From: Bilabrum cf. latius | Lineage: Eukaryota | NCBI GenBank assembly: GCA_965178125.1 | Contig: OZ237768.1 | Location: 434,001 to 498,000, forward strand | Length of the DNA stretch: 64,000 nucleotides | Direction: 5' to 3' | Shown: one piece after another, positions 61,601-64,000 of the stretch | Numbering within the stretch: the stretch's first letter is position 1 | How the letters are laid out: each line of letters begins with the position of its first letter | The notes under the pieces: model-generated | Databases searched by the model: none | Seen by the model: the letters and a program-made list of their open reading frames with translations, nothing else | Told to the model about the DNA's origin: nothing | Translations under genes and position numbers: made by a program

Positions 61601-64000
61601 GCGATCGCCGTCAAGTACCCTTTGTCGCTATTCGACACTGATAGATCGGATGCATCGACATCCATCGGTAGCTAGCTCAGCGTAGTCCGAATCTCGCTGG
61701 TGTCCATGCCCCTCTTGCCCATTGCTCGCAACAAATCTGCGCTGTCAATGACTCCAGATCGAGATCGAGCAGAGTAGGAGTGTTGCACACGGTGTAAGCA
61801 TTTGGTGAGCCCGCACGCCTGCAGGTGAAAATGGTTTGCAAGCGGCAGAGACACGTGTAGCTCCTGCGCTGGGTCCTCATGAAGTGTCCTGCCACCATCA
61901 GACGATCCAACCCGAAGCGTGCCAGACCCCAGCCCGGGACACAACGACATCACCTGTACCCTCGTCACATGAGGCAGCTTCCCTGGCCCGGATGCATGCG
62001 CCACATCCACGCACACAGTGATCGGAGCGTTGATGTGGATCGAGTCCAGCGCATGCACCCACCTGGCCGCTGCCGCGTCCCGCTTGGTTGCCTTGGCTGC
62101 CATCACCATGGACCCGTATATCCCGTGCTTGTCATCAGGCGTCTTGAGGAACAACCCGCGGTGGATGCAGCGACCTTTGGCACCGCCAGCAACACCACCA
62201 GCTGAGCTAAACACTTCCAAGAGCGATGCAGGTCTCGGCACCAGTGCGGTCTTACTCTGAGCAGGTGAACTTTCGGCATGCGCATGCACCGCGCCTGGCA
62301 GCTCCCGGGCGGCCTGTAATGCATGCGACAAAAATCGATCTCCGATGGCTTGGATTGTTTTCACTCGCTGCGATTCTCTGTAAGGATTATCTGCAATGTC
62401 GAAGCGAGTCTTGTCGATGGCAGTCTGTGGGTAGCTTACTATGAGCTCATTGTCGATTGAGCCCACCTCTACAGGACGCTTGCCTGCGTTTCCAACAACT
62501 ACATCGGCCGTTCGAGAGGCACGGGCAGGCGAAGCACCGCTACCGGTGGCAACAACAACGCTGCATTCCTGCACAGTTGTCGCAGCTGGAGATCGATCGA
62601 TGCCAGAGCCGTCTGATTGAGTCAGCGCACTCGCTGCGCCACTCGCAAGCTCTGCGCCCGGATCTGCTACTGCAAGACCTGCCTGTTCACTTGCCGGGTC
62701 AATCTCGTGAGCATCCAGAGCAGGTTCATATGACTGAAGCACCCGCTCGTCTTGAAGCTCCTCTTCTGGAGACAGGAGCACGCTGGAGTAGCCCTCGGCC
62801 AGTGCAGCCAGCCGTTCCGGTACGGGGGCTTCTGCATCTAGATCTAGCTCATCCGCCTCCAGTATTGCATCGTAAGCACCTGCTGCTGTCACAGCCACGG
62901 CAGCTCCGGCACCGGAAGCAGGCCCCAGTGAGCCAGTTGCTCCGATTCCAGTTGCAGTGGCAGTGGCAGTGGTACTGGTCTCGGTCGTATCTATCGGTTC
63001 TTTCCCGAGTATTTGGGCGATCGTCAACTGCGAGTCGCGAATGCTTTCATCCGCAGATTTGCCGAGGTAGTGGGTGCCAGAGCTGCCCACGCCAGCGGGT
63101 GCCGGCTGCGTGGCTCCACCAACCCCCGACATGGGGGGATCTGGCCATCCAGAGGACGCTGCCGACTTGCTGCCGGGATCCAGGTCGGATCCACCGGTGG
63201 ATTCTGATTTACCCAGGAGCTCTTCCATGAAGCTCTTGCTGTCGGCGGTTTCCGCCGACCATTCCGCACCGATCCCCCTTGCCTTCTTGATCCGATCTTC
63301 CCGCGCCTTCAGCCCCGCCCCCTTGATCACATTCTCCACCTCCTTCGCAACCTGCCCGACTGACGCAGGCCCTGGCCCGGCCACACCCCCTGGTACTGCC
63401 TCACTGGCCTCCTGCAGCTCTGCCAGCCGCTTCATGAACCCGCCCTCAGAGGCAGCCAGGTCGCACGCCTCTGGCACCCAGTAGCACACGTTGCCCAGGG
63501 CAAGCAGCAAGAGCCGCTCTGCCGTCATGAGCTCTTTCGTTGCGGCAGGCCCAGACAACGTCGAGACAGTACTGGCAGTGGTGCTTGTGCTTGCGAATCG
63601 AGCCGCGGTCGCAGGCTGGCCATCACCACTTCTATTAGTACAGCTTCTTGCGGATCCCGCAGCAGCGCTCGCTTGGCTCGAGGCGGTCCTGATGCGCATC
63701 TTGGCCAGCTCTTTGTTCGACAAGGGCCTGGTCGGCGGAGCTTCGTGTTCAGTAGCCCCGCCAGATGCAGCTGACCCCGACCCCCTGGTGGGTGCACGGG
63801 ATGGTGGTGCGCCAACTGGGCCCAGGATGGGTGTGCTTACCACGGGGGACCCCGGTCCCGGTAACGATTCGCTCTCGATTAGCATCGACCGCAAGGAGCT
63901 GAGCTGCACCAGAAGCTTACGGATAGTGTTGATGGCTCCGTCTTGTTGGGGACACGACGGCTCCTTCGCGGTAGCTGCCGCCGACGGTTCCGATTGATCA
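58687..64000 (-). CDS. Clu-like domain plus C-terminal TPR-repeat protein, 5'-partial
   Basis: GGVAGGAK, LRVGSSDGGRT, PFDVEVH..DGRRYVLDMHRL, LHSRGLALRHTG; kinesin-light-chain-like TPRs; five ORFs in one frame separated by TAG; ends in TAA at 58687. Confidence 0.82.

Overview
This is GC-rich eukaryotic (protist-like) host DNA carrying a complete AT-rich endogenous virophage (mavirus/EMALE-like) at 26687-53628 (26.9 kb). The element has 421-bp terminal inverted repeats and a 5-bp target-site duplication (TGCAA), and it sits inside a tandem array of secreted bulb-type lectin genes. Host and virus both appear to read TAG as a sense codon, most likely Gln, while TAA and TGA remain stops. Under that code the fragmented ORF track resolves into intact genes. 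Host side: a 12.1-kb single ORF, a Clu/TPR gene, four full lectin copies and a secreted beta-helix gene. Virus side: rve integrase, packaging ATPase, cysteine protease, minor and major capsid proteins, PolB, a primase-helicase, a GIY-YIG nuclease, a nucleotidyltransferase and DUF285 proteins. Also present are a hAT-type element with an 8-bp TSD, a hAT transposase remnant, a small GC-rich insertion family shared by host and virus, five copies of a TIR-derived non-coding element, a 20-bp tandem array, and recurring promoter motifs and 3' hairpins. All calls come from reading the sequence by eye; no database searches were run.
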